DNA of 63,965 nt, counting the filler, from Rhizaria sp. SCN 62-66 (lineage: Eukaryota): assembly GCA_001724265.1 (NCBI GenBank). It is 3 parts of 3 records of this genome, joined end to end, with 100 filler letters (N's around TTAATTAATTAA, not from the genome) between each part and the next. Parts side by side here need not be neighbours in the genome. Positions count along the whole stretch, not along the records: positions 1 to 26,223 come from MEDY01000422.1; positions 26,324 to 51,534 come from MEDY01000423.1; 1 more part is not named here. One strand, 5' to 3'. Positions 23,309 through 34,398 of this stretch are shown piece by piece (the stretch's first letter is position 1; every line of letters starts with the position of its first letter). A program made the position numbers and the translations under genes. The notes beneath the pieces were generated by a model. That model did not search any database. It saw only the letters and a program-made list of their open reading frames with translations, and was not told the origin of the DNA.

Positions 23309-24381
23309 CTGTAAATATGTGGGTGAAGTCGAGAGTTTATGTGGGTGAGAAATTGGGAGATTATACTCTTTTTACGTGCTTAATACTTCCCAAAATTGTA
23401 GGTCTATTAACGGTTTGTGTATCTCGCTGGAAGACCTCTCCCATAACCTCCCAGCACCTCAATTCGTTTGAACGCTTCGTGGTTGATACGAAAACGTGAT
23501 CTTATGCTCTATATTCGCTGAATTGTGACAAAATGATCACTTTGTTGTGAATATCACGCTGACTTAGTTTGTATATCCTGGCTTTCATGGCCGTGTCTTT
23601 GTACGAGCTCGCTCTGGACTGAACTTATCGCCAGCAGCAAGTCTCTGGGTCAGAAGCTGTTGTCGTTTATGCATGCTGCTCACCGGATCAGAAAGTTGAA
23701 TCACATCGTGATTGTATCTCTCGTACGTATTTAACCTTAGTTTTTCTTTGTGATTCTGGGGTGGCATTGCTGGCAAGCTTTTTGACGCTCCGCATTCTTC
23801 TTCGAAAGGACGCTTCAACACATGCACCCACTTCGCTTCCCCAGCCTCTTCACTCTACTGAGATCATATGTTTGTTGTTGTTTTTTTTTAGCGGCTACTG
23901 TTTTTATCTTTTCGTTAATTACATAGCAAAAATCGTTATATTTGTTTGCTGCGCTCTCAGGGCATGTTTTCTATCAGGTATCTTAGGATAATAATCTGCC
24001 TGGGGTGGGAAACAAGCACTATTTCGGGGATTTATCTGTCACATAGAAGGTTTTAACAAATGAAAGTAAATTATATGATGTGAGAAAAATACCCAAATCA
24101 TAAAATATTGCATTTTTTTCGCTGAGTCCTCGATATAGCTGAATAAAATTCTAAAAGGAGTATCACAAAAGGCATCCGCGGCCAAAATTTTAAATAAAAA
24201 GGTTGAACAATACCACATCGCAGTCTGTAAAACAATATTGACCTTTCAGGTATTTTGACACTCAACAATATTTTCTATACAAAAAACGCGTTTTTCTAGA
24301 AAGGCGTGCATTCTCTTTCATATGCGAACCTATCTGAGCAGTATTCCTCATTAAATGTGTCCATTTGTTAGAAGTAGGAGA

Positions 24382-24482
24382 CTACTTGTACTGTACTAGT
24401 ACTAGTAACTTACTAGTACTGTACTAGTACTTACTACAAAGTAGTACTAGTAGTATTACTAGTACTAGTATTACTAGTAACT
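24382..24482. repeat. Degenerate array of self-complementary TACTAGTA/AGTACT units
   Basis: About 100 nt built almost entirely from TAC/TAG/GTA words, with several ACTAGT palindromes, in a 2-kb gene-free AT-rich region. Confidence 0.8.
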
Positions 24483-25505
24483 GGGCTTATAGTAAGGACG
24501 CGATGACATTGTGAAAATGAAGAAGTGCAAATTGGACTGTACATTCGCTCAGAAGTGCACACTGTTACTAGTAAGGTGAGCTTACCATAGCGTGCGCTTG
24601 CAGAGTTGAACCGACTTTAAATTTTGTCACGTTAGCGAAGTAGGAGCTCATGATAGAATAGTAAGCTTAATGTTTATTTATAATTGTGAAGGACGATTTT
24701 CCGTGAATGAAACGGATGTCAAACGAACGGCGCAGAAAGACGAAGCGAAACACGAAGTGCTTTAAGTTTTTTTACGCGTTGCGTCATTGCAGAGTTTTCC
24801 TTCCTCTCGTTGACATGACATCGAAGGATACATGCAGGTTGTTTCACTAGTAGGCAACCATATTATTAATGAGTAGTACTGCCATCTCGCGACTGAGAGT
24901 CGTTGCACGTTTGACTGTGATATATGAATGCTGTGTGCGAAATGAGAAGTAGATGAAATATACTGACAACTACAAAGAACATACAAAAAGAATTGACAAT
25001 TACAAAGAATAACATCCAAAAAGAATTTCAAAATTAAATCATACAAAAACAATAAAACGACAATATCAAACGAAATGGTGTGAAAAACAAAGGAAAAACT
25101 ACGCTGGAGTGAAGGAGAAGGGCGCGTTTCTGAAAACAGAACATCGCGCAAAAAATATAAATGCATGTTACATTCGCCGGCATTGAAACGATTGAGACAA
25201 GGTAGCAGATTGACTTGCATACCACTAGAGCGCCTCAATCATCACAAGTATTAATGAGAATAAAGCGTTAGTAATTGTAGCGTTAGTAATTGTAATTGTG
25301 AGCAAACTATGTTCTCCACATGATAGTCGTCGTGTCAAACATGTTTGAACAGTTTAGAGTATCCAGTCTTGACAGAAAAAAAGAATCTTAGACACAAAAA
25401 TCATCAGAACAAAAGGAATACGTCAAACTACAAGATCATAAAAAGAAAAATTTCAAGGTCGGGTTTCATGGGTCACAATGTTGCGTTTTTTTTGACTCAG
25501 TACTC

Positions 25506-26223
25506 TTACATGACCTCAAGCGAGTTCTCGGGAGCGTGGTCAAGGTTCACAACAAGCGCGGGATCATCTGAGTGTTCGCGCACGCGCTGTCGCGCCTGCG
25601 CCCCGGTGATCGCTTCTTCGGCTGCGGTGGCAGCGTCGGTGTTGCCGAAATCATCTGCCTCAGCGTCGTGACCGCGCGCCACCGTTTTGAGCTTAGCACC
25701 GTCCGTGGCCTGCGTGCTAACCTGGTCGAACGTGCTGTTCCACGCTGGTGTGGCGCCAGTCTCCATCGCCAGCAGCGCGTCGTGTCCACGATACGCCACC
25801 GCAGCGCGGCCCAGAGCCAGCTTATCGGTGTTCTTGCGGCGGGCCTCACTGGAGCGCTTCGCATCGGTCTTGTCGGACAGCGCAGCAGGGCGCGCGAGCG
25901 CATTGCCGTTTGCCTCAGCGTCAGCAATGGCGGCGTCGGTGGAGGCGATGTTGTTCTTCTCTAGGGTGAGTTTCTTCTCGCGGAGCTTGTCCTGGCGCCA
26001 CTTGCGCATGACCTGCGGGATGTCGTGGCCGAGAATGTAGGCCTCACGCAGACGCAGACGCAGCGGTGCCAGATTCATCTCCTCGCGCTGCAGCACGACA
26101 AACGCGATGACAACGACAACAAAGAAGAAAATAACGAGCACGCAGATGAGCACGGTGGCAACAACCTTAGCCGAGTGCGAGAGTGTGTCGACAAACAGGA
26201 AGTTGGCCAGGAAGAAGATCATG
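25506..26223 (-). CDS. 3' end of a membrane protein (last TM helices plus cytosolic tail), truncated by the contig end
   Basis: Open to the gap. Hydrophobic IFFLANFLF and VVATVLICVLVIFFFVVVVIAFVVL, then a charged tail. Stop TAA. Confidence 0.75.
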
Positions 26224-26323
26224 NNNNNNNNNNNNNNNNNNNNNNNNNNNNNNNNNNNNNNNNNNNNTTAATTAATTAANNNNNNNNNNNNNNNNNNNNN
26301 NNNNNNNNNNNNNNNNNNNNNNN
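26224..26323. other. Artificial contig linker (N44-TTAATTAATTAA-N44)
   Basis: Exactly 100 nt with a six-frame stop cassette in the centre; identical to the second linker. Confidence 0.97.
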
Positions 26324-28195
26324 CAGCGACGCATACACGGGCGAGAAGTGGGGCTCGTTGACGGCCTTCTCGAACACAGCCTTGACGATCTGCTTCAGCA
26401 GCTCCTCGTTTGTGATGTGCATCTTGAGAATCTGATCAGTAAGCTTCTCTGCATTCTTGTCCGTAAGCTTGTTGAGCACCTGCATCACCTCGCGCAGCAC
26501 CTTCTCGTCGCCCTCGACGTCGCGCTTGACCACGTAGGCCGTGTTGGACTTGACCAAGGGCAAGTACTCCTTGAGGTCAAAATGGCGCCCGCGGTTGCCG
26601 CCGCCAAGGCGAGACATGCGGTTACCGCCGCGGCCGCCGCCCATGCCGCCGCCGCGGCTGCCGCCGTTGCGCGGGTACGTCGAGCGCGCGATGGCCAGGG
26701 GCGCGGCGCCCTCGGTCATGCCAGAGTTGGCGAGCATCTTGAACGTGGCATCGAGCTTCTCCGTGGGCGTCCACTCGACGTCGGCGCGCTCCTTCATCGC
26801 CTCGCGCAGAGTCAGCAGCGCAGATGCAGAATGCGCCGCGGCGGGCGTGATGTCGTAAACGTACTTGACGGGGAGGTCCTCCTCATCGTCCTCGTCCTCG
26901 TCCTCGGCGTCATCCTCGGCGATGTCGTTTTCGTCCTCGTTGAACTCATCCGTGAGGATGTTCTGGAGCGCGTCGTTCATCGCCGTGTTGGTGCTGGGGG
27001 CGGGCGCAGCGCCAGCGGGCACCAGCGCAGCCACGTGCGGGTGCACGGGTGCATGCGCGGGGGCCGCCACGAGCACAGGGACAGCCACGGGTCCGTGGGC
27101 GTGGGCGTGAGGGGGCGCGTGCGCATGCGGGTGCGCGGGGGCCGGCATGAGCACGGGGATGGCGCCGGGTACGTACGCTGCGTTGGGGGTGAAGGCGGGC
27201 GACGACGACGCGAGCGGCTTGGCGGGCGTGGTGAAGTGGCCGCCGAGGGGCGCGTGGCCGTGCGCCGGGTGCTGCTGGTGCGGGTGTTGCTGGAACTGCG
27301 CCTGCTGCTGCTGCTGGTGCTGCTGGTGCTGGTGCGGGTGGAGCGGGTGCTGGTGGTGCTGCGAATGCATCGCGTGGTGCTGCTGCTGAAGGTGCTGCTG
27401 CTGATGGCCGTGGTGGCCGTGCAGCCCGGGGACGCCGTACGGCACCGGCTGCGGCATGCCGCCGGCAAACCCACCGGGCTGCTGCTGCTGCTGCTGCTGC
27501 TGCTGGGGCATGGGGACGCCGTAGTGTGGCTGGCCCGCGGGCGGCTGGCCGGCCATGGCGTTGGCGACGGCGCTGTACGCCTGCTGGGTATGGATCTTGG
27601 ACGTCAGCTGGGTGTTAACCGAGTTGAGCTCGTTCTGCAGGTTGGGCTGAATCGCCCGGGGCGGATACGCGCCCGTCTGCTGCTGCTGCTGCGGGATCGA
27701 CGGGTGCAGGGCGCCGTGGTGCGCGCCGGGATGCTGGTGCGAGTGCTGCGGCGAGAAGGCCTGCGGCGGGTAGCCGTGGCCCTGCGGCACCTGGCCGCTG
27801 CGGGACCCGCCAGGGTAGCCGCCCTGGACCATGCCGCCCTGCGCCATGCTGCGGGGCGCGCCATGCTGCGGGCGCGGACCTGCGTTGCCGCCGTAGCCGT
27901 TGCTAGGCGAGAACGCGGGACTGTTGGTACCGGCGTAGGTCGGCTGGCCGTAGGACTGTGGCAGGGGCGTGGGCCGGGACGCGGCGGGCGTGAAGGGCGG
28001 CGCGCTCATGCTGAACGCCGTCGCATTCACGTTGAGGCGGCTCCCAGAGGCGGGCGCGCCAGACGACGCAGCGCCGGCAGGTACGAACGTTGGGGCAGTC
28101 GCCTTCAAGGACGTGATCTTGCCAGCAGCATCCGCGGTGGTGGATGAGGGCGCGGCGGTCTGCGCGGGCGTGGGCTTAACAGCGGAGTCGGACAT
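26324..28195 (-). CDS. eIF4G-like MIF4G protein, 5' part (truncated by the contig end)
   Basis: Start of a MIF4G domain (LREVMQVLNKLT..NAEKL..QI...LKQIVKAVFEKAVNEPHFSPVYASL), preceded by an RGG-rich segment and LPLVKSNTAYV. PAM2-like motifs and a Q/H/P-rich N-terminus. Confidence 0.85.
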
Positions 28196-29672
28196 TTGCT
28201 CCGCGGTGGGAAGGGGGCGTTGAGCCGGAAGCAGGCTGCAGAAAGCTCCTGCGGCTTCTTTAGCAGATACGGTACAAGACTATGCAGTGGTGTAGAATCA
28301 CTTCTGGAGTCACGCAAGAGAAGGGAAAGCTGTGGAGGGCGCGGGGGCGGAGCGCGACAAAGGTCGGACACAAAGGGCAAGGGAGAGGCAAGCAAAAAAC
28401 AAAACGCAAACAAATTGTGAGTGCTGAAACAAGGGCGCGAGGTTTGTGAGGTGAAATCCCCGAAAGATACATGGGTGAAGCACCGCCAACTCGCGCTAAA
28501 AGGCCTCTGACCTCGAGCAGCAGGTACTCCAAGGAAGAATCCAACGCAGGCTTGACTCGATCCTGACTGAGTCCATGAAGCTTCGAAGACACACAAATAC
28601 ACCTAAAGGCGTTGTCATCCCGCCCTTTAGAAAAGCACTTCTAAAGAATCCGTGCGCGGCGTACTCATACAAATCATAAAAATCGTTTCTGCACCCCGTG
28701 GCTGCGTCCGGCGAGCTAGCGGGAGAGGCGGACACATCACCTGCGGACCGCGTCCGGTGCGCAGAGAGCGAGCCTCTCTCACTCGCCCCGCCGCTCCCGG
28801 CTTACCTTCCGCCGACCGCCGCCCACAGTCACCATCGCCTCGAGCCGACAGCCGGCACAGTGTGTGGCGGGAATTTCAACACGATTGCATGCCGTGCTTT
28901 CTCCGTTAATGTGTTTGTCGTGAATGATTTCCGGTAGAAAACTGCGTGGGCATGGGTTTGTGTATTTACTATGTGCACTGGAGATTATCTTGTCATGCAC
29001 CGGCGTGCTGGACGGAGGCAACTGGTGTGTGTTGATGATGGGCCTGGAACCACCGAATCGACTCGGGAACCCGCTTTTATAGGACACTATGCGGATACGA
29101 TGCATCGTATTGGCACTGTACAAGGCGATCTACACAATACGTTTGCTGAAGACGCATGAATTGAATCTTCTGCCGACTTGTTGTTTGAGAGGTTACCCTG
29201 CCAACTACAGGTGTCTTAAACAATGGCATGACATGGTTTAGCGGGGACAAATCCGGGAGCTAATAAATAAATTCAGTATTTTTGAGCGTATTGGATGATT
29301 ATTCGGCTTGTGAACTATTTCCGGAGCATGATCGATCGCATTATGATTGTGTTGGCATCCTGAGAGGAGTCCTCAGAAGCATGTGTTGTCAGCTTCGCCA
29401 AGCAGAAACGACTCTCGTGTTAAAAATGTATGTAACAGAGCAAAGTGGCAGTATCATATGTGTGCACGAGATTTTTCTAATTGAACACAGTGCCTTATAT
29501 ATTTATCTTGAACTTTATTGTTACAATCACAATCCACTTTTATGACGTAGTACGCTGTCCTTCAGAAAGCGAACTCCCGTTTTTCTCTAATTCTATCTTC
29601 ACAATGATTCTCACTCGCTCACGACCACCACGACCTCTCAACCTTGATGTACTGTACACGCTACAAAAGTAC

Positions 29673-32638
29673 ATGTCATCTTACGGCAGATCGGAATCCT
29701 TGCCATCTCCGCGTGCTGACAACGCCAACACCGCTCACTCGCACCACAGCCCCGAGCCAGCCCCTGCCCCCCCGCCGGTCGTCGTCTCGTCCCCGTCACA
29801 ATCGTCTGCATTCCCGCACGCACACACTGCGCGCGCACCTAAGCACGCAGCCTCGTAGTGGACCCTGCCGACCGCGCGCCCGGCGGATCCCTCTGCGAAT
29901 CACAACACAAAGCCAACCGACGCCGCCAACTCTGCAGAGACAACGGACCCCGACACGAACGACCTGCGTGACCAGCTGCGGCAGCGGCAGGAGTCGGCGC
30001 GCGCGCGCATCTCCTTCTCGCGCCACGGCGCGCAAGGCGTGGCGCTGACCGAGGCGTACCGCGAGCGTGCCGCTGCCTCTGGTGGCGCGGACGAGGAAGC
30101 CGCCGCCACACGCCACCGCACGGCGCTGCTCGAGCGCAGGCAGGCTGAACACGACTCGGCGGCGGCGGCGGCGGCGGCGGCGGCTACTGCTGCTAAAGCA
30201 GAAGCTGCAGAGGCCGCCGCGGCCGCTGCGGCTGAAGCAGAGGCAGCGGAGGCGGCGGCAACTGAAGCGGCAGCTAGAGCTAAAGCGGACGCTGCTGCTG
30301 CTGCTGCTGCAAAGTCCTCCGTGTCTCCCTCAGACACTAGCGCTGACGCCCACACCAGCCAGGACCAGAGTCACGACCACAGCTACAGTCGTGGACACGA
30401 ACGCGGCCACGGCGAGAGCGAGAGTCACCGCAGCGGCCGGCACCAAAACGACAGCAGTGGCGACGACCGCTCGCCCCCGGCAGTCACGCGGCGGCTGTCG
30501 TCCGTGTCGGCCACGCGTGCGGTGCCCATGGTCGTGGGGGCGGAGCGGACGGAGCAGGAAGCCGCGGCTGAGGCCGAGGATGAACAGGCCGCCGCGCGCC
30601 GCGCGTCACAACGCGTGCGCGAGGCCGCCGCGCGGGCGCTTGAGGAGGCTGCGGCGCGCGCAAAGGAGGCTGAAGCTGCGGCTGCCGCGGGTGCCGCTGA
30701 CACCGACAATGACGAAGATTATGATGAAGATGAAGGCGACGACGGCAACGGCGCCGCTGATGATGGTGGTGACGCTAAGGATGAAGATGTGGCTGCTGGC
30801 GCCAGCAGAGATGTTGACATTGAAATCAACAACGGCATCGACATTGACAACAATGCAGAAACCGAAGCAAATTTTGAGACTGTCGAGCTTGATGAGACAA
30901 CTGAGACTCGTCCTGTCGTCGCGGCGACACCTCCGTCTGCGCCTGCGCCCAATGTCAGTCTAAGCGCCACTACAGAACTCGACGGCGCTGTCATCGACGA
31001 AATGGAAGCCAGGCTCGAAGCCGAGCTTGAGTCCGATGCCATGAAAGCCGTCAGCGCTACTGCCGTCACGAATAAATATGAGAAGCAAGAACAAGCTGCA
31101 CCTGAGCCCGCGCCTGCCGAGCCGAAACCCAAGTCAAAGCCTGAGTCTACGGCGGCGTCAAGGGGCCAGGCAGAGACGCAGCATCAGGCTCAACAAAAGT
31201 TGAAGGCGCATGTCAGTGTCTCTGCTGAGCCGCTTGTGCCCGCCGAGACGAGCCGTGGCTGCCGTGCAAGCGGCAAGGCTGAGAACAGCCACAACAGCAA
31301 CAGCAAGGCCAACAGCAGATCTGACCGCGGGGCCAGCAGTCGCACTGACGGCGCCGAGCCGTCCGAGTTTGATGCCGACGTCAAGGCCGCCGCACTTGCT
31401 GTGGGGACTGCTGCGGGAGCGGGCGCTGCCGTGGCCGCGGCAGCTGCGGTGGCGGCGGCCGCACTGAGCGCCGCGGCCGCAGCAGCTCCCACGGGGTCCC
31501 AAGCGGACGACTCGACTGAGAGAGAAACCGCTGCCGCCGTCGTTGCGGCCGACGCTGCGAGCGCGTCTCCGCGGCGCGGCACGGACAAGCGCGCGCGGCG
31601 CGCGGCAGCAGCGGGCATCGCGGCCGCTGCCGAGGCTGCGAAGCGCCGCCAGGAAGAGGCCGCGGCCGCGCGGGTCGCAGAGCAGGAACGACAGGCAGAC
31701 CTCGTGCGCCGCGCCGCAGCCGCTCGCGCCGCCTCGCAGCGTCGCGCCTCCGGGATCCTCGGCGGCGGCGCGCGCTCGGCTAGCCCCAGCCCAGGCCCCG
31801 GCGCGCGCTCACTGGGGCCGCACGCGCAGCCGCTGGGGCCGGAGCCGTCGCCGCCGCCGCCCGTCGTGCTGGCTGCGTTGAGCCCGCGCGTGCAGGCCGT
31901 GCAGCCACCGCAGGCGTCGCAGCAGCAACCGCAGCGCAGCCCGCGCCGCGTGGTGCTCACTGCGGGCGCCGCGGCCAGCCCCGCGCCCGGCGTCCCCGCT
32001 CCCATCTCTGCGCAAGCCGCGCCGGTCGTCGTGGTGCACGGCCCCGCCGCGCCCGCCAAGGAATCCAGCAGCACTGCGGCCGTCACGACCAGCCACAGCT
32101 GCAGCAGCCACAGCAGCAGCGCGCGCGCGCCAGACGCGGACGCGGGCGCGGCGCTCTTCGCCCAGATCGCCCGCGCGCAGGCGCCGCTGACTGCGTTGCT
32201 GCAGCCGCTCGTCGCGCCACCGGGCGCCGTGCCCGCGGCCGCACTCGTGGATCTGCTGAGGCGCACTGGCGCGCTGTCGAGCCCGCGCGCGCCCGCGGCC
32301 GCCACCGTGGTCGCCGCAGCCGAGGCCGCCGCGAGCGTGCGAAGCCCGTTTGTGGGACTCTCGATGGTCGACGCCGCCTCGGTGCTCGCGCGACTCGCGG
32401 GCGCGGACCCCGCCGCGGGCCCCTTTACGCCGCGCGCGCGCGGAGCCCCCGGCGCGACCGGCGCCATGGACGCCGACGCCGCGCGCGTGGCATTGGCCGC
32501 GGCACGGCTGCCCGCGGCGCTGTCGCCCGACACGGCGCTGTTCCAGCTCGCGATGCTGCTCTGGCACCACCTCGCGCTAGCGCCACCGGCCGCCACCGCG
32601 GCCGCCGCTGCGGGGATCCCGCCCGGCAGAGCGCTTGC

Positions 32639-32669
<31 letters not shown>

Positions 32670-33593
32670 TATAACGCCGCGGACCCGCTGCTGCCGCCGC
32701 TTGCCCTGGGCTCAGGCCCAGGCTCCGGCCTAAGCACAGGCGCAGTCGCTGGCGCAGGCACCGGCTACAGTGCGAGCGTGCACGTCGGCATCGAATCGCC
32801 TCGCGGTAGCGCTGCTGTCGGCGGTGGCTCTGTGGGGCATGCGGGCAGTGCGCTGAGTGCCTCGCCCGGCGGCGCGGGCGTGGGATTCCACACCACGCGC
32901 TCCCCGCGCGGCGTGCGCGGCCGGCCCGGTGCGCCCACCGGCGCCCCGCGAGTCAACTTCGTCAACCAATCCGTGCTTGAGGCAGCGCGCGCGCTGCAGG
33001 AGGCTGCCGCCAGTCCGCGCGGCAGCGCCGGCACCGGCGCACACGCGTGGGGCGCCAAGGGCCGCGCCGGCGCGGGCGGAAAGGGCGCCAAGGGCCGCGC
33101 CGCGGTGGAGGCGGCCGGCAAGGGCAACGCGAGTGGTGGCGGCAGCGGTGATGCCCCGGTGCTGACAGCGCAGGACGTGCTTACGGCGTTGGTGCAAGAA
33201 GAGGAGCTCGAGTCCGATCTGTACCGCATCGACTCGCAGCTCGCGCAACGCTCAGTGGCGCCCGCGCGGCTGCCCACGCCGCCTCCGCCGCCGCGCGCTC
33301 CCAGCCCCGCGCCCGCGCCCGACTACGAGGCGTTGCGGACCGCACAGCGCGCGCGCGAGGCGCAGGACGCGCGCCGCCCCGTGCCGCACTACGAGACACC
33401 CTACGATGCCGCGCCGGGGCCGCGCGCGAGCGCAGTGGGTGCTGCGGGGACGCAGCGTGAAGGTGCACAGCGCAGTGGCGCGGTTAGTCCGCACCGCGGT
33501 GGGGGCGCACGCGGTACAGTGACAGGGTCTGACTCGGGGGCACGGCAGCCGAGCCCTGTGGGCATGCTGCCGAAGCTCAACAAGCGCGGATGA
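29673..33593 (+). CDS. ~1306-aa Ala/Pro-rich coiled-coil protein of unknown function, with one in-frame TAG at 29856-29858
   Basis: ATG 29673, TAG 29856 and the 30039-33593 ORF share one frame. GC-rich coding-like sequence begins at 29673 and continues across the TAG. The next in-frame ATG is only at ~30528. Stop TGA. The 5' part depends on TAG being read as sense. Confidence 0.7.
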
Positions 33594-34398
33594 GTGACAT
33601 GTGCAGCAGCTCGTTTATGATACGTACGACCAGTATTACCACTTACTTTGGAGTGTGATATCGTAACCTATTGCGGTGTCACTTTATGAAACGGTATATC
33701 CCGCTAAAGTTGATTTCATCATACACGTGGAATATTTGTGCCTAGACAATAATACTTGCGACTACAGTATTGCGTCTAATTTGTTGCAAGGGACGAAGAC
33801 ATGATCAAATCGCTCTCTGTATGTTCAGAGGAGCTGCATGCCAACAAAAGCTAGATTATGGTATGTCAGACATAAGAAACGTAAGAAATATACAAAATGT
33901 GTTACTTTAGTAAAATTAAAGTGTTCGTCACGAATTAAACTAGTACAAGTTGTACAACATATATTTATACGTGTACATATACGAAACAGAAGGAGACTAG
34001 CAAATAAATGATTTACTGTATGGACCGAAAAATCTCGAGACGAAATCGAAGTAACTTCGTCTCGGGATCAAAATGGCACTTTACAAGGCGTATATGGTTT
34101 GTCTATAAATGTCACTTTAAAGCAATTTGTCTGCCGGGCGGAATTTGCCCTGGGTAATCGCACTTATCGATTTTACGAAGACTGACCCCGCCCTGGTCTT
34201 TGAGTTGATCGGACCATCCGACGTGGGTGACTCCCCCGCCGTTGTCTTCATTGATGCATATTCCACCTGTATTAATCGAACAATGCAACTGTAATCTTGC
34301 TAACTGTAATCCTACCCCTGTATTGTGTACTTCTAGTGTCTTTTTCACTTCGCCAAGACAGTCTAGCACGCGTACTGTATCTCGGCTGTTGTCTCCCC

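Noticed and set aside
23585-25238. Short ORFs in AT-rich intergenic DNA (also 5069-5266 and 48336-49861)
   Set aside because: They lack the coding codon bias and any recognisable motif.
26224-26323. TTAATTAATTAA within N runs as a biological motif (e.g. piggyBac TTAA site)
   Set aside because: The identical 100-nt cassette occurs twice; it is a concatenation linker. Synteny across linkers is meaningless.
12753-28195. Translation-related cluster (DOHH, CTU2, eIF4G) linked to the code change
   Set aside because: eIF4G is on another contig; DOHH and CTU2 are universal genes, and CTU2 modifies U34 tRNAs, not a CUA anticodon.
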